DNA of 64,000 nt, taken from contig JAHPZH010000001.1 of NCBI GenBank assembly GCA_019058315.1, positions 128,001-192,000 of the forward strand, written 5' to 3'. The notes under the pieces were generated by a model. The model worked only from the letters and a program-made list of their open reading frames with translations. It had not been told where the DNA came from and ran no database searches. The translations under genes were made by a program, and so were the position numbers. The DNA comes from Candidatus Helarchaeota archaeon. Its GTDB lineage: Archaea > Asgardarchaeota > Lokiarchaeia > Helarchaeales > RDOG01. Each line of letters opens with the position of its first letter. Within the stretch, counting starts at the first letter, position 1. Below are positions 1 through 9,671 of the stretch, one piece after another.

Positions 1-369
1 CCACCCCTTCTCATCTATTTGAAATGGAACTTCAATCCATTGATTTGAAGTATTATAGTATAAAATTCGAATGTGACTTTCATTCAAACCTTCTAAAGCA
101 TTAAATATATACGGACTTTCAATCATTTGTATTATTATAGGATAACCAACCCTTGTTAAATTAGGATTATTTGCATCATTAGTAGTTAAATCAAGAATTT
201 CTTCTTTAGGAATATTGATTTCGTTAGCCATATTATTATAATTAATAGGAGGTATAGTAATATTATAATTATAGAGAGAGATAATATTAGCAGTAGTAAA
301 CAAAAATATTGCTGCAACCGTTAAAATTAGGGAAATTTTAAATTTTTTATTTTTCAAATTCTTCACCAT
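1..369 (-). CDS. Secreted/surface protein, N-terminal part only (runs off the window)
   Basis: ATG at 369 preceded by AT-rich intergenic DNA; open frame to base 1: MVKNLKNKKLKISLILTVAAIFLFTTANIISLY...WIEVPFQIDEKGW; basic N-terminus plus hydrophobic stretch fits a signal peptide. Confidence 0.75.
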   Translation of the reverse strand, partial: MVKNLKNKKFKISLILTVAAIFLFTTANIISLYNYNITIPPINYNNMANEINIPKEEILDLTTNDANNPNLTRVGYPIIIQMIESPYIFNALEGLNESHIRILYYNTSNQWIEVPFQIDEKGW

Positions 370-580
370 TATTGAATTCTTATATTTTAAATGGCAAAAA
401 TATAAAATCCAGCATCTTATTTGATATAAAAATTTAATTTATTCTTTATAAATGGGTCTGGAACAATCTAAAATTAAAAATTCAATAGCTTTACATCTAT
501 TGATTATGTTTAGAAAGTGGAAAAAGAATAAAAATTGAAATCAGTTAAAATTTTTTCCTTAATTAGAAAATAAAAATGTT

Positions 581-1237
581 TTAGATATTCTTAAAATAAA
601 ATTTTGAATTATTTAATAGTTCGAGAACTTCATTTTCATTTAAATCATACCAATGTTTATATGCCGAAGCTACTGCAAAATATCTTGTCCTTCTTATGTC
701 AGGACAAATTAAATCATCTATTAAAGGACCGACTTTATCAACTGAACTTCCAGAAGCAGTAGGAACGGCAACAATAATTTTACTAATTGACCTTTTTTTA
801 ATTGAATTAATTGCTGCTATCATAGTAAAACCAGAAGCAAGACCATCATCAACCAAAATCACATCCTTATCCGTAAGATCCAAAAATTTCTCGTCTGATT
901 TATATAAAGAAATTCTATCTTTAATTTCCTTCATTGTCTTTTCAGCTTGCTTTTTAATTTGGTCTTCAGTTAGTCCTAAAGCCATTACTAAACCTTTATT
1001 TAAAATAATTTCTCCATCTCTTGTAATTGACCCAAAACCAGCTTCTGTATTCCACGGAATTTTGATTTTTCTAATAATGAGAATATCAAATGGTATTTTT
1101 AATATATCCGATATTTCCTTGGCAACAGGAACTCCACCATTTGGGATTGCTAGGATTACTGCATTTTTTAAATACAGTTCGTCTTTAAGTTTTTCAGCTA
1201 AAACCCTTCCAGCATGAAACCTAGTTTCATAAATCAT
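581..1237 (-). CDS. Type I phosphoribosyltransferase family protein
   Basis: PRPP-binding loop VILVDDGLASGFTM; AIPNGGVPVA and RKIKIPWNTEAGFGSI typical of the uncharacterised PRTase subfamily. Confidence 0.9.
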   Translation of the reverse strand: MIYETRFHAGRVLAEKLKDELYLKNAVILAIPNGGVPVAKEISDILKIPFDILIIRKIKIPWNTEAGFGSITRDGEIILNKGLVMALGLTEDQIKKQAEKTMKEIKDRISLYKSDEKFLDLTDKDVILVDDGLASGFTMIAAINSIKKRSISKIIVAVPTASGSSVDKVGPLIDDLICPDIRRTRYFAVASAYKHWYDLNENEVLELLNNSKFYFKNI

Positions 1238-1279
1238 TTGCTTTTAATCACCGAATTAAAAAATTGCTTATTGGACCTT

Positions 1280-2143
1280 TTAAAAAGGATCATATTTAGC
1301 AAAGAGAAATGGTATCATCTTCTCTTCGTCCAATTCTTTGAACTCCAAATCAAGAGATATTGAAGTATCGGCTTTTAAGTAAAAAGCACCAATGATTTCC
1401 GACGGTTTTAAAAGACATATGGGATCAAATGGTGATTCATGGAATCCCAACTTTACATTGTCCATTGACCGGAACGAATGAGTTTTATTTACCTTTGCCC
1501 ACAGCTTCATTAGGCGTGGTTTATAAGCATAGTATGGTCCGTCATGACCAAGAAGAGGCCCCATAACTTGATGAAGGTGGTAAGTTGGTTTCTCTAATAA
1601 TTCGGTAAGTATTCTTGAGTCAAGTTCTTTAGGCTCAATCTCTCCCTCTGCTTCAACAAGAGTAATCCCCCTTCGAATGGTTTTACAGGAAAATTTATTC
1701 CCATCTTTTTTGTATTCGAATTGACCTACCTTTTTCTGGGTTCCTATCATCTCGCGTCCCGCCATAGCACCAATATCAGACTCAATAAAGATTGCTATTG
1801 GATAAAATCCTACTGTCCCATTGAAGTCCGCGAAGGCTCCAGTGATATTCTCATAATAACCCATATTTAACCCATCATTACCTTTACCATCGTTTAGATT
1901 TAGCTGCTGTACGAATAAATTAAGCAAAGGCATTGCGGTCATAGTCTTTAAAGGTGGGGGAAGAAATTTCTGGATTATATCGATATCTTTTATTTTAAAA
2001 AGATACGCATAGTATTCAGCGTTAAATAATTCCCAGCGTAATCTTTTTGCCATAGCCTTACTTTCATCTGGATCAAGACCATAAAGAGGTTTTATTTCAT
2101 ATTTTGTTGGATTGGGGTTTGTTTTAAGTATCTCATACTTCAT
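1280..2143 (-). CDS. Acetoacetate decarboxylase family protein
   Basis: FLPPPL and AGREMIGTQKK resemble the ADC-family GRE.WG.PKK Schiff-base lysine motif; SPFDPI near the C-terminus. Confidence 0.8.
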   Translation of the reverse strand: MKYEILKTNPNPTKYEIKPLYGLDPDESKAMAKRLRWELFNAEYYAYLFKIKDIDIIQKFLPPPLKTMTAMPLLNLFVQQLNLNDGKGNDGLNMGYYENITGAFADFNGTVGFYPIAIFIESDIGAMAGREMIGTQKKVGQFEYKKDGNKFSCKTIRRGITLVEAEGEIEPKELDSRILTELLEKPTYHLHQVMGPLLGHDGPYYAYKPRLMKLWAKVNKTHSFRSMDNVKLGFHESPFDPICLLKPSEIIGAFYLKADTSISLDLEFKELDEEKMIPFLFAKYDPF

Positions 2144-2358
2144 ACTGCTCTCCTTCTCAATATTTTTTAATTTGTTTTATTTAATGAAATAAAATATAAT
2201 TTCACTTTTTGTTTTTTGAAATTGATACTTTTATACTACATATAAAAATTTCTTATGAAAAATTAAAAAGAAATATAGTAAATAAAAAGTTACAAACAAA
2301 AAAATAAAACTTATCTTATTTTTATAACATATAATATAAAAAGAAGAGGTATGCATTT

Positions 2359-4602
2359 ATGGAAAATAAAGAACTAAGTCCAAATGAGGATGAAATAAAA
2401 TTTATTCGAACAACATCCACCTTTGATTGTGGAGGACGTTGTCCGATAAAACTTCATGTTAAAAATGACAAAATTCTCCGTGTTGAAGGAGATGATTATG
2501 AAATAGAGGATGAACAGCTTCGAGCCTGCTTGAGATGCCGTGCATTTCGCAAATATGTTCATCATCCAGAACGTTTAAAATATCCTCTTAAGAGGGTAGG
2601 ACCTAAGGGAGAAGGGAAATTTGAACAGATTTCATGGGATGAAGCTTATGAAATAATTGCTAATAAGCTAAAGCATGTAATTGAAAAATACGGAAACTCC
2701 AGCGTTTTCCTAGCTAGTGGTGGAGGTTTTTTGGGTTCCTTTCATGATGGTACTTTTGCAATGATGAGATTATTTAACCACCTTGGCGGTTTTGCCACCC
2801 ATTATGGAAATGTCTCATCTGAGGGTGCCGTTTGGGCGTGTTTAGCACAATATAATTCGGTTTTTGTAGGTCATAGTCGTGAAGATCTATTAAATTCAAA
2901 GCTTATTATACTGTGGGGATGGGATCCAGCAAGAATGATATCTGGGACTAATACTATGTACCATGTAATAAAAGCCAAGGAAGCTGGGGCGAAAGTTATT
3001 TGTATAGATCCAAAATACACCGATTCCGCTGTTGTATTAGCTAATCAATGGATTCCGATTTACCCAGGTACTGATGCAGCGATGATGGTTGCAATAGCTA
3101 ATGTTATGATTAAAGAGGGACTTCATGATCAAGCATTCCTTGATAAATATACTGTTGGATTCGATAAATTCAAAGATTATGTAATGGGAAAAGAGGATGA
3201 GGTAGAAAAAACACCTGAATGGGCTGAAAAAATCACTGGGGTGGATGCTTCGATAATAGAGCAACTGGCTCGGGAGTATGCAACTACTAAACCAGCTGCC
3301 CTAATGGATTGCCAAGGTCCAGCACGCAGTGCTATTGGTGAACAATATAATCGATGTGCCATGACTTTATGTGCAATGACTGGAAATGTAGGACGCCCTG
3401 GAGGAAGTGCTGGGGGAGGTTTAATGGGTATTCGCCCTGGTCATATGTTTTATGGTATGAGAATACCGCCTGGTAAGAATCCAGCAGAAGCAGGTGGACC
3501 AAAGGTAAGCAGATCCCTTAATTTAAAACTTCGCCTGGTTAAACGCGTTCATATTAATAAAATGTTTGATGCCATTGCTAAGGGTAAAGCTGGAGGCTAT
3601 CCGTTTGATGTTAAGTTTGCTTGGTTTGTCAATAATAATTTTTTAAACCAACTTGGTAATACGAATAAATCTGCTGAGGCATTGAAGAAACTCGATTTTA
3701 TGGTTGTTGCGGAGCTATTCTTAACACCCACAGCTAGATATGCAGATATTGTACTACCAGTAACCAGTGCTGCGGAAAAAAATGATTTAACTCGACCTTG
3801 GCCTTCTGGACCTTATTTTACATATGTAAACAAAGCCATTGAACCATTGGGTGAGTGTAAATCAGATTTGACAATCGCTGAAGAATTAGCTGAAAAACTC
3901 GGAATAGATAACTTTGAAAAATATGAGGAAGAAAAAACTCTTAAGAATTTTATTAAAGCGAGACCCGATACAGGTAGAGCGATGCCAAAACGTAAAGATC
4001 GGGAAAAATACAAAGAAACAGCTGTTCATAGACTCAAGTTATCTGAGCCTATCGTCGCATTCAAGGAACAAATTGAAGACCTCGAAAATCATCCTTTCGA
4101 TACTCCTTCTGGAAAGATTGAAATATTTTCTCAGAAAGCAGCTGATATAAAAAATCCACTTTGTCCTCCGATTCCAAAATACATTAGCACATGGGAAGAT
4201 AGAAATGATCCGCTATTTGAAAAATATCCTTTACAACTTTTATCTCCCCATCCCAGAAATAGGGTTCATTCCGAGTTATATAAAGTTAAATGGTTAGCAG
4301 AAGTTGAACCTCATGTTGCTTGGATTAATCCAGTCGATGCTGAACCTAGAGGAATTAAAGATGGGGATGAAATTTATGTATTTAATGATAGAGGGAAGAT
4401 CCTAATAAAAGCATGGCTTACTGAACGTATAATTCCTGGTGTTATAAGTATATCCGAAGGTGCTTGGTACGCCCCTGATGATAATGGCATTGATAGGGGT
4501 GGATGTGTAAATACTTTAACTAAAGATGCATATTCAGCTGGTGGGGCCTCAGCTTTAAAAACATGTCTTGTTCAAATAAGCAAAGTTCAAGGAGGAAAAT
4601 AA
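2359..4602 (+). CDS. Molybdopterin oxidoreductase catalytic subunit, DMSO reductase (DmsA-like) family, no Tat signal
   Basis: DCGGRC..RACLRC Fe-S region, RLKYPLKRVG, ISWDEA, PGTDAAM, TARYADIVLP, TPSGKIEI, molydop-binding C-terminal domain. Confidence 0.93.
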   Translation: MENKELSPNEDEIKFIRTTSTFDCGGRCPIKLHVKNDKILRVEGDDYEIEDEQLRACLRCRAFRKYVHHPERLKYPLKRVGPKGEGKFEQISWDEAYEIIANKLKHVIEKYGNSSVFLASGGGFLGSFHDGTFAMMRLFNHLGGFATHYGNVSSEGAVWACLAQYNSVFVGHSREDLLNSKLIILWGWDPARMISGTNTMYHVIKAKEAGAKVICIDPKYTDSAVVLANQWIPIYPGTDAAMMVAIANVMIKEGLHDQAFLDKYTVGFDKFKDYVMGKEDEVEKTPEWAEKITGVDASIIEQLAREYATTKPAALMDCQGPARSAIGEQYNRCAMTLCAMTGNVGRPGGSAGGGLMGIRPGHMFYGMRIPPGKNPAEAGGPKVSRSLNLKLRLVKRVHINKMFDAIAKGKAGGYPFDVKFAWFVNNNFLNQLGNTNKSAEALKKLDFMVVAELFLTPTARYADIVLPVTSAAEKNDLTRPWPSGPYFTYVNKAIEPLGECKSDLTIAEELAEKLGIDNFEKYEEEKTLKNFIKARPDTGRAMPKRKDREKYKETAVHRLKLSEPIVAFKEQIEDLENHPFDTPSGKIEIFSQKAADIKNPLCPPIPKYISTWEDRNDPLFEKYPLQLLSPHPRNRVHSELYKVKWLAEVEPHVAWINPVDAEPRGIKDGDEIYVFNDRGKILIKAWLTERIIPGVISISEGAWYAPDDNGIDRGGCVNTLTKDAYSAGGASALKTCLVQISKVQGGK

Positions 4603-4604
4603 AA

Positions 4605-5165
4605 ATGCAACTTGGTATTTATTTTAATCAAACTCGGTGTACTGGTTGTAATGCTTGTCGAATCGCCTGTAAAGACTGGAATGACATTGAAGCTGGACCG
4701 GAGAACTGGATGAAAGTATTATATCATGAAGAGGGAAAACTTCCTAATATTTATGTCTGCTACATGATTAGACCTTGTTTTCACTGCATTGATCCTGTCT
4801 GTATTCCTGCATGTCCTATTAATGCAATAACAAAAAGAAAAGAAGATGGTATCGTAATCGTAGATAGTGATAAATGTATTGGTAAGGATGAGTGTGGCAA
4901 TAAATGTTTAAAAGCATGTCCATATGATGCTCCACAATTTGGAGCTGAAAAAAACTCAAAGATGAGAAAATGTACGTTTTGTATAGATCGAATAAAGGAT
5001 AACAAGAAACCAGAATGTATTGATGCTTGCCCAACCAGAGCGCTCGATTCCGGACCTTTAAATGAATTAAAAACAAAGTATGGCAATATTAATGAAACTA
5101 TAGGATTTAAATATTCAGAAAGATGCAAACCAGCTATTATTTTTAAGCCCAAAATCAAGAAATGA
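4605..5165 (+). CDS. 4Fe-4S electron transfer subunit (DmsB-like)
   Basis: CTGCNACRIACK, CFHCIDPVCIPACP, CLKACPY, KCTFC..PECIDACPTRAL; ATG at 4605 after GGAGG, 2 nt after the upstream stop. Confidence 0.93.
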   Translation: MQLGIYFNQTRCTGCNACRIACKDWNDIEAGPENWMKVLYHEEGKLPNIYVCYMIRPCFHCIDPVCIPACPINAITKRKEDGIVIVDSDKCIGKDECGNKCLKACPYDAPQFGAEKNSKMRKCTFCIDRIKDNKKPECIDACPTRALDSGPLNELKTKYGNINETIGFKYSERCKPAIIFKPKIKK

Positions 5166-5260
5166 AGAGCGAAATATCTGGTTAGATTTATACTAAGTCT
5201 TTTAATATAGTATTATTATTAAAAAGATTGTAATATTCCATCAAAAATATGTGATATATA

Positions 5261-6019
5261 ATGAGCTTTGAAAAAAATATTGAGCTCGCAGCTAAATGGA
5301 TAGCAAAATCCAAACACTTTGTTGCATTTACTGGTGCTGGAATTAGTACAGAATCGGGATTGCCAGACTTTAGAGGACCTGATGGTGTCTGGACCAGAAG
5401 AGATAAGGGGCTACCACCACCAAAAACTACAAAACCTTGGCATATGGTGGAACCTAACAGCGGCCATCTAGCACTTGTAGAGCTCCAAAATATGGGCATT
5501 TTAAAGTTCTTGATTTCCCAAAATGTAGATAACTTGCACATAAAATCCGGAATTAAACCTGATTTAATTGCAGAATTACATGGAAATACCACATTAATGG
5601 TTTGTTTAGAATGTGGAAAAAAGGATACTCTTGAAGCCTTTGGCTGGGATAAAAAAATTTGGGGTTCGGGATATAGAACTTCTCCAACCAGTCCTGGACA
5701 ACCTAAATGCAATGTCTGTAAAGGAAGAATAATCTCAAGTATTGTAAACTTTGGTGATTCGTTACCTGAAAAAGATTTGACCCTTGGATTCTATCATGCC
5801 AAGCAATCCGATGTTTTTTTCGTTATCGGAAGTAGTTTAGTCGTTACACCTGCAGCTAACATGCCACAAGTTGCATTACAATCTGGAGCAAAATTAATAT
5901 TGCTAAATAAGGGAGAAACACCATTTGATAATGCTGCACATATTAGGTTCTGGGAAAAAATAGGTGATGTTCTGCCAGAGATTGTAAAAAAAGTGAAAAA
6001 AATAAAAGAAACTAATTAA
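5261..6019 (+). CDS. cobB: NAD-dependent protein deacylase, sirtuin/Sir2 family
   Basis: GAGISTESGLPDFRG, SQNVDNLH, ELHGN, two CxxC Zn pairs, GSSLVVTPAA. Confidence 0.93.
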   Translation: MSFEKNIELAAKWIAKSKHFVAFTGAGISTESGLPDFRGPDGVWTRRDKGLPPPKTTKPWHMVEPNSGHLALVELQNMGILKFLISQNVDNLHIKSGIKPDLIAELHGNTTLMVCLECGKKDTLEAFGWDKKIWGSGYRTSPTSPGQPKCNVCKGRIISSIVNFGDSLPEKDLTLGFYHAKQSDVFFVIGSSLVVTPAANMPQVALQSGAKLILLNKGETPFDNAAHIRFWEKIGDVLPEIVKKVKKIKETN

Positions 6020-6109
6020 ATTTCTTGATTAAAATATTTAATTTTCGTCTAATTTAATTGATTACAATTAAAATAAAAAAAAAAATAGTTTTTAAAATTT
6101 ATTAAAGAA

Positions 6110-7723
6110 CTATATCAACTCTGAAAGCATCTGAATTAAAAGACTTATGTCATTTTGGACATTCTCAATTCTATTCTGTAAATCATTAGCCACATCATCA
6201 TCGATAGATCCAAGCTTATCAGCAATTTTTATAATTTTACTAAGAATGTTCAGTCTTATCTTTATTAAATATACATTTATTTTTGCTTTGAGGATTTTAT
6301 CATTTAGATATGCATCTATTGCGTCATTAATATTGTCTAATGCTTTGTCAGTTAATTTATTTAAAATACATTTTACACATCCTTGGGTTTCGGTCTCGAT
6401 GATTTCGTCTATATCCGTTAGTTGTTGTAATATATCGTTCATCAGCTCTAATATTGGGTCTGGAACTTCTAATTGGCAGTATTTATAATAAAGTCCATAT
6501 GTTCCGTCCCGATTATCCACCCAAATAATATAAATCCTATTATTATATGTTGCGACGACCGCTGGCCATGCTGAAACACCCGTGGCGTTAGTAAGTTGAA
6601 TTCTTTCACTCCAACCATTTTGATCCTTAACTTTATAGTATATTTCAGCATCTCCTGTTATTGCATCAGAATAAGCTAGATGTACCTTATTATCAGGACC
6701 AACTGCAATGTTTCGGTAAAGGGGAGCATAACCATAAGGACCCCAATCTACTATATCAATGAGTTCTATTTCGCTCCAAATATCATTTTCTATATCATAG
6801 GATCTATAATTAAGATCAGTTGAACCTCCTGAAGAATTATACCATTCAATATGAACTATGTTATCCGATCCTATTGCCATAGCTGCTTCAGGCCTATGTG
6901 CTTGAATTGTTACTGGAAATTCATCAGACCATTCTATACCATCATATGAAATATGATATAATGTCTCAAGCGAACCTAACCGCCCATCAGTATACACTAT
7001 ATGAAGATTTCCTATCTGATCTATTTCAAATTCGTAAATACAAGAATCTCCAGAACCATTAGTTACCCGATAATCTTGACTCCAAGTAGTCCCATCAAAA
7101 AATTTGTAATATACTTCTGAATCTTCATTTTGAGGATCGTCTCTTTTATCTGGCCAAACCACATGAATTCTATTATCAATTCCAATTTCAATATATGGAT
7201 ACCATTCTCCGGCTGAAGAATTAGTAATTTGTTCCACTCCGCTCCAGATATTCCCATCGAAAGAATTATAATAGACATTACTACTTTCCCCTACAGCTTC
7301 CATCCAAACAATATGTACTTTATCATCAGGTCCAATAGCTATTGCGGAGTAGACAGAAATATCCGAACTATTAGAGACTTGATAATAGTTAGTCCAAGAA
7401 TTTCCGTTAAAACAAGCATAATAGATTTCATAATTTCCAATTTTATCATCATTCCAAACAACATGTATATTATTATTAGAATCAACTGCAGCATAATGAT
7501 AAGGATGAGATGCTGATAAATTAATAAATTTAGTATCTTCGCTCCAAGAATTAGATGCCATCGAAATTTCTGAATCAGGATTGGGTATATTAGAATTTTG
7601 GTTTATGTTTGTGGATAATATGTCTAAAAGAAGTACTTGACTATTATTTGAGTTAATAAAACTCAGTCCAACAGTTCCTAAGAGCAATATAGTAAAAACT
7701 ATTCCAAATATCGTTTTTTTCAT
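6110..7723 (-). CDS. Secreted beta-propeller (BNR-like repeat) protein with C-terminal helical domain
   Basis: N-terminal signal peptide; about 7 repeats of ~50 aa of the form IAIGPDxKVHIVW..Y....WS; helical C-terminal ~120 aa. Confidence 0.75.
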   Translation of the reverse strand: MKKTIFGIVFTILLLGTVGLSFINSNNSQVLLLDILSTNINQNSNIPNPDSEISMASNSWSEDTKFINLSASHPYHYAAVDSNNNIHVVWNDDKIGNYEIYYACFNGNSWTNYYQVSNSSDISVYSAIAIGPDDKVHIVWMEAVGESSNVYYNSFDGNIWSGVEQITNSSAGEWYPYIEIGIDNRIHVVWPDKRDDPQNEDSEVYYKFFDGTTWSQDYRVTNGSGDSCIYEFEIDQIGNLHIVYTDGRLGSLETLYHISYDGIEWSDEFPVTIQAHRPEAAMAIGSDNIVHIEWYNSSGGSTDLNYRSYDIENDIWSEIELIDIVDWGPYGYAPLYRNIAVGPDNKVHLAYSDAITGDAEIYYKVKDQNGWSERIQLTNATGVSAWPAVVATYNNRIYIIWVDNRDGTYGLYYKYCQLEVPDPILELMNDILQQLTDIDEIIETETQGCVKCILNKLTDKALDNINDAIDAYLNDKILKAKINVYLIKIRLNILSKIIKIADKLGSIDDDVANDLQNRIENVQNDISLLIQMLSELI

Positions 7724-8014
7724 TTTTATCCCATCATTATTAATTTATTGAATCCTCTAATTTTAGAGTGAATATTAATTTTTTTCGCAATATAAAAAGA
7801 TTTCTTTATGAATCTTACTAAAAATAAATAATTAACTTGTGATTTATCAAATATAAAACATTAAAAATTGCGAAATTTATGAAATATTAAATTATAAAGC
7901 CAATATCTTTTATCTCATTGATTTATATTATAGAAGTTGAACCGTCTCAATGATACATAATAATTATAAATTTATTTATAAGAACAGATGAAAGTTGTAA
8001 TTTAGGGTAGACTA

Positions 8015-9154
8015 ATGAATAGGATTAAAATTAAAAACAAAAAACTGGACGAATTTGATTTTCCTTTTATGGGATACACTGGATATACTATAACCAAATT
8101 CTTTGATAACTTTAAACACCTCTCATTTCTACTTGATAAATTAGAAACATCTACAATGCGTAGAGATATGGTAAAAATAAGAGTTGACCGACCAATTTAT
8201 ATTACTGGACTTGCTCGAGCTGGAACAACAATTGTTTTAGAGATGTTAAGCAAACATCCTGATTTAGCTACGCATCGATATAAACATATGCTCATGCCAT
8301 ATCTCCCGCATTGGGTAAGTCAGCTTGCGAAAAGAACTAACATTTACTCAGAACCTTTTGAGCGTTACCATAAGGATGGAATATTTGTTACAAGAGAAAG
8401 TCCTGAGGCTGTAGAGGAAATATTGTGGCAAAAATTTTTTAATAGAGTCTTTAGCGAAAATACTTCAAATATATTTGATATGAAAGTTTCTAATCCAAAA
8501 TTTGAGAAATTTTACCGAAATCACATTCTGAAGCTTATATTAAATCAAAAAAGTTCTCGTTATCTAGCAAAAAATAATTATAACGTTACAAGAATGGAAT
8601 ATCTACTCCGGATTTTTCCAAGCTCTAAATTCTTACTAATTATTCGAAATCCCGTAAATCATATAGCTTCGCTTATTAAACAAACAAGATTATTTTTAGG
8701 AATAGAAATAAAAAAACCACTTTTTAACGAATGGTTAAGAATGATTGGGCATCGTGAATTTGGTCATAATAGTATTTGTATTAATGTAGGTAACACTGAA
8801 CTTATTCATAAAATTCGTAAATTGTGGAAAAATAATAAAACATATGTTAAGGGTTGGGCATATTATTGGGCTTCTATATACAATTATGTTGCTGATCGGC
8901 TTGAGAAGAATAAAAAGCTTAAAAGTGCAACCTTAATGGTGAGATATGAAGATTTATGTAAAACTCCTGCGAAAATAATAGATAAAATACTTACACATAC
9001 AGAGTTACCATTAAGAAAGTTCGAGAAAGTTAAGGATTATTATGTTAGAAATCTACATGAACCTACTTATTACGTTCCAAATTTTTCCGATCAAGAATTA
9101 GAAGACATTATTGAAGTAACTAGTTCAACAACTAAACGCTTTGGTTATGATTAG
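8015..9154 (+). CDS. Sulfotransferase family protein
   Basis: PIYITGLARAGTT (5'-PSB loop), IIRNPVNHIAS (3'-PB motif), VRYEDLCKTP. Confidence 0.88.
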   Translation: MNRIKIKNKKLDEFDFPFMGYTGYTITKFFDNFKHLSFLLDKLETSTMRRDMVKIRVDRPIYITGLARAGTTIVLEMLSKHPDLATHRYKHMLMPYLPHWVSQLAKRTNIYSEPFERYHKDGIFVTRESPEAVEEILWQKFFNRVFSENTSNIFDMKVSNPKFEKFYRNHILKLILNQKSSRYLAKNNYNVTRMEYLLRIFPSSKFLLIIRNPVNHIASLIKQTRLFLGIEIKKPLFNEWLRMIGHREFGHNSICINVGNTELIHKIRKLWKNNKTYVKGWAYYWASIYNYVADRLEKNKKLKSATLMVRYEDLCKTPAKIIDKILTHTELPLRKFEKVKDYYVRNLHEPTYYVPNFSDQELEDIIEVTSSTTKRFGYD

Positions 9155-9159
9155 ATAAT

Positions 9160-9591
9160 TTAAAGAAATTTACTAAAAAATACCTCTCCTATATCTCCTT
9201 CATTTATACCTGTAATATATCCACATTCTTTAAATCCAACCTTTCTATGCCATGCTTGGGGCTCGGGTTCATTTACTTGCGAAGAACTATATAGTACCTT
9301 ATGCCCATTTTTAATCAAATAATCTTCTAAAAAATGTATCATTGCAGTTCCTATTCCTTGTTTCCGGTACCCATCGACAACAAAAATAAGACCTATATAT
9401 GGTATTATCAACCAAAGATACTCAATTCGTAAATAACCTACTGGTTTTCCATCGAACTCAGCAAGAATTATCATCTTATCTTCAATATGCCTTTTAATTA
9501 AAGCTTTTTTAACATGTTTATAGTCCATCTTAATACAAAAATCAAAATCATTGGATTCGGCAAATCTTATTTTTATTTTTTGATTCATCAT
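9160..9591 (-). CDS. GNAT family N-acetyltransferase
   Basis: VVDGYRKQGIGTAM acetyl-CoA motif A; AWHRKVGF. Confidence 0.88.
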   Translation of the reverse strand: MMNQKIKIRFAESNDFDFCIKMDYKHVKKALIKRHIEDKMIILAEFDGKPVGYLRIEYLWLIIPYIGLIFVVDGYRKQGIGTAMIHFLEDYLIKNGHKVLYSSSQVNEPEPQAWHRKVGFKECGYITGINEGDIGEVFFSKFL

Positions 9592-9671
9592 TTATCCCCA
9601 ATTATTAGAATTTTTATCCAATTAATTAAAAAAAGAAAGGATATTTTTTTGTTTATTTTCTAGTTAATTCC

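Noticed and set aside
696-1217. Antisense and nested ORFs in the track (e.g. 696-1217, 5188-5712, 39324-39773, 53518-53916)
   Set aside because: They are shadows of well-supported genes on the opposite strand or in another frame, with no motifs of their own
4563-4604. Longer N-terminus for the Fe-S subunit
   Set aside because: Overlaps the Mo subunit; ATG 4605 follows GGAGG and gives the typical MQLG.YF start
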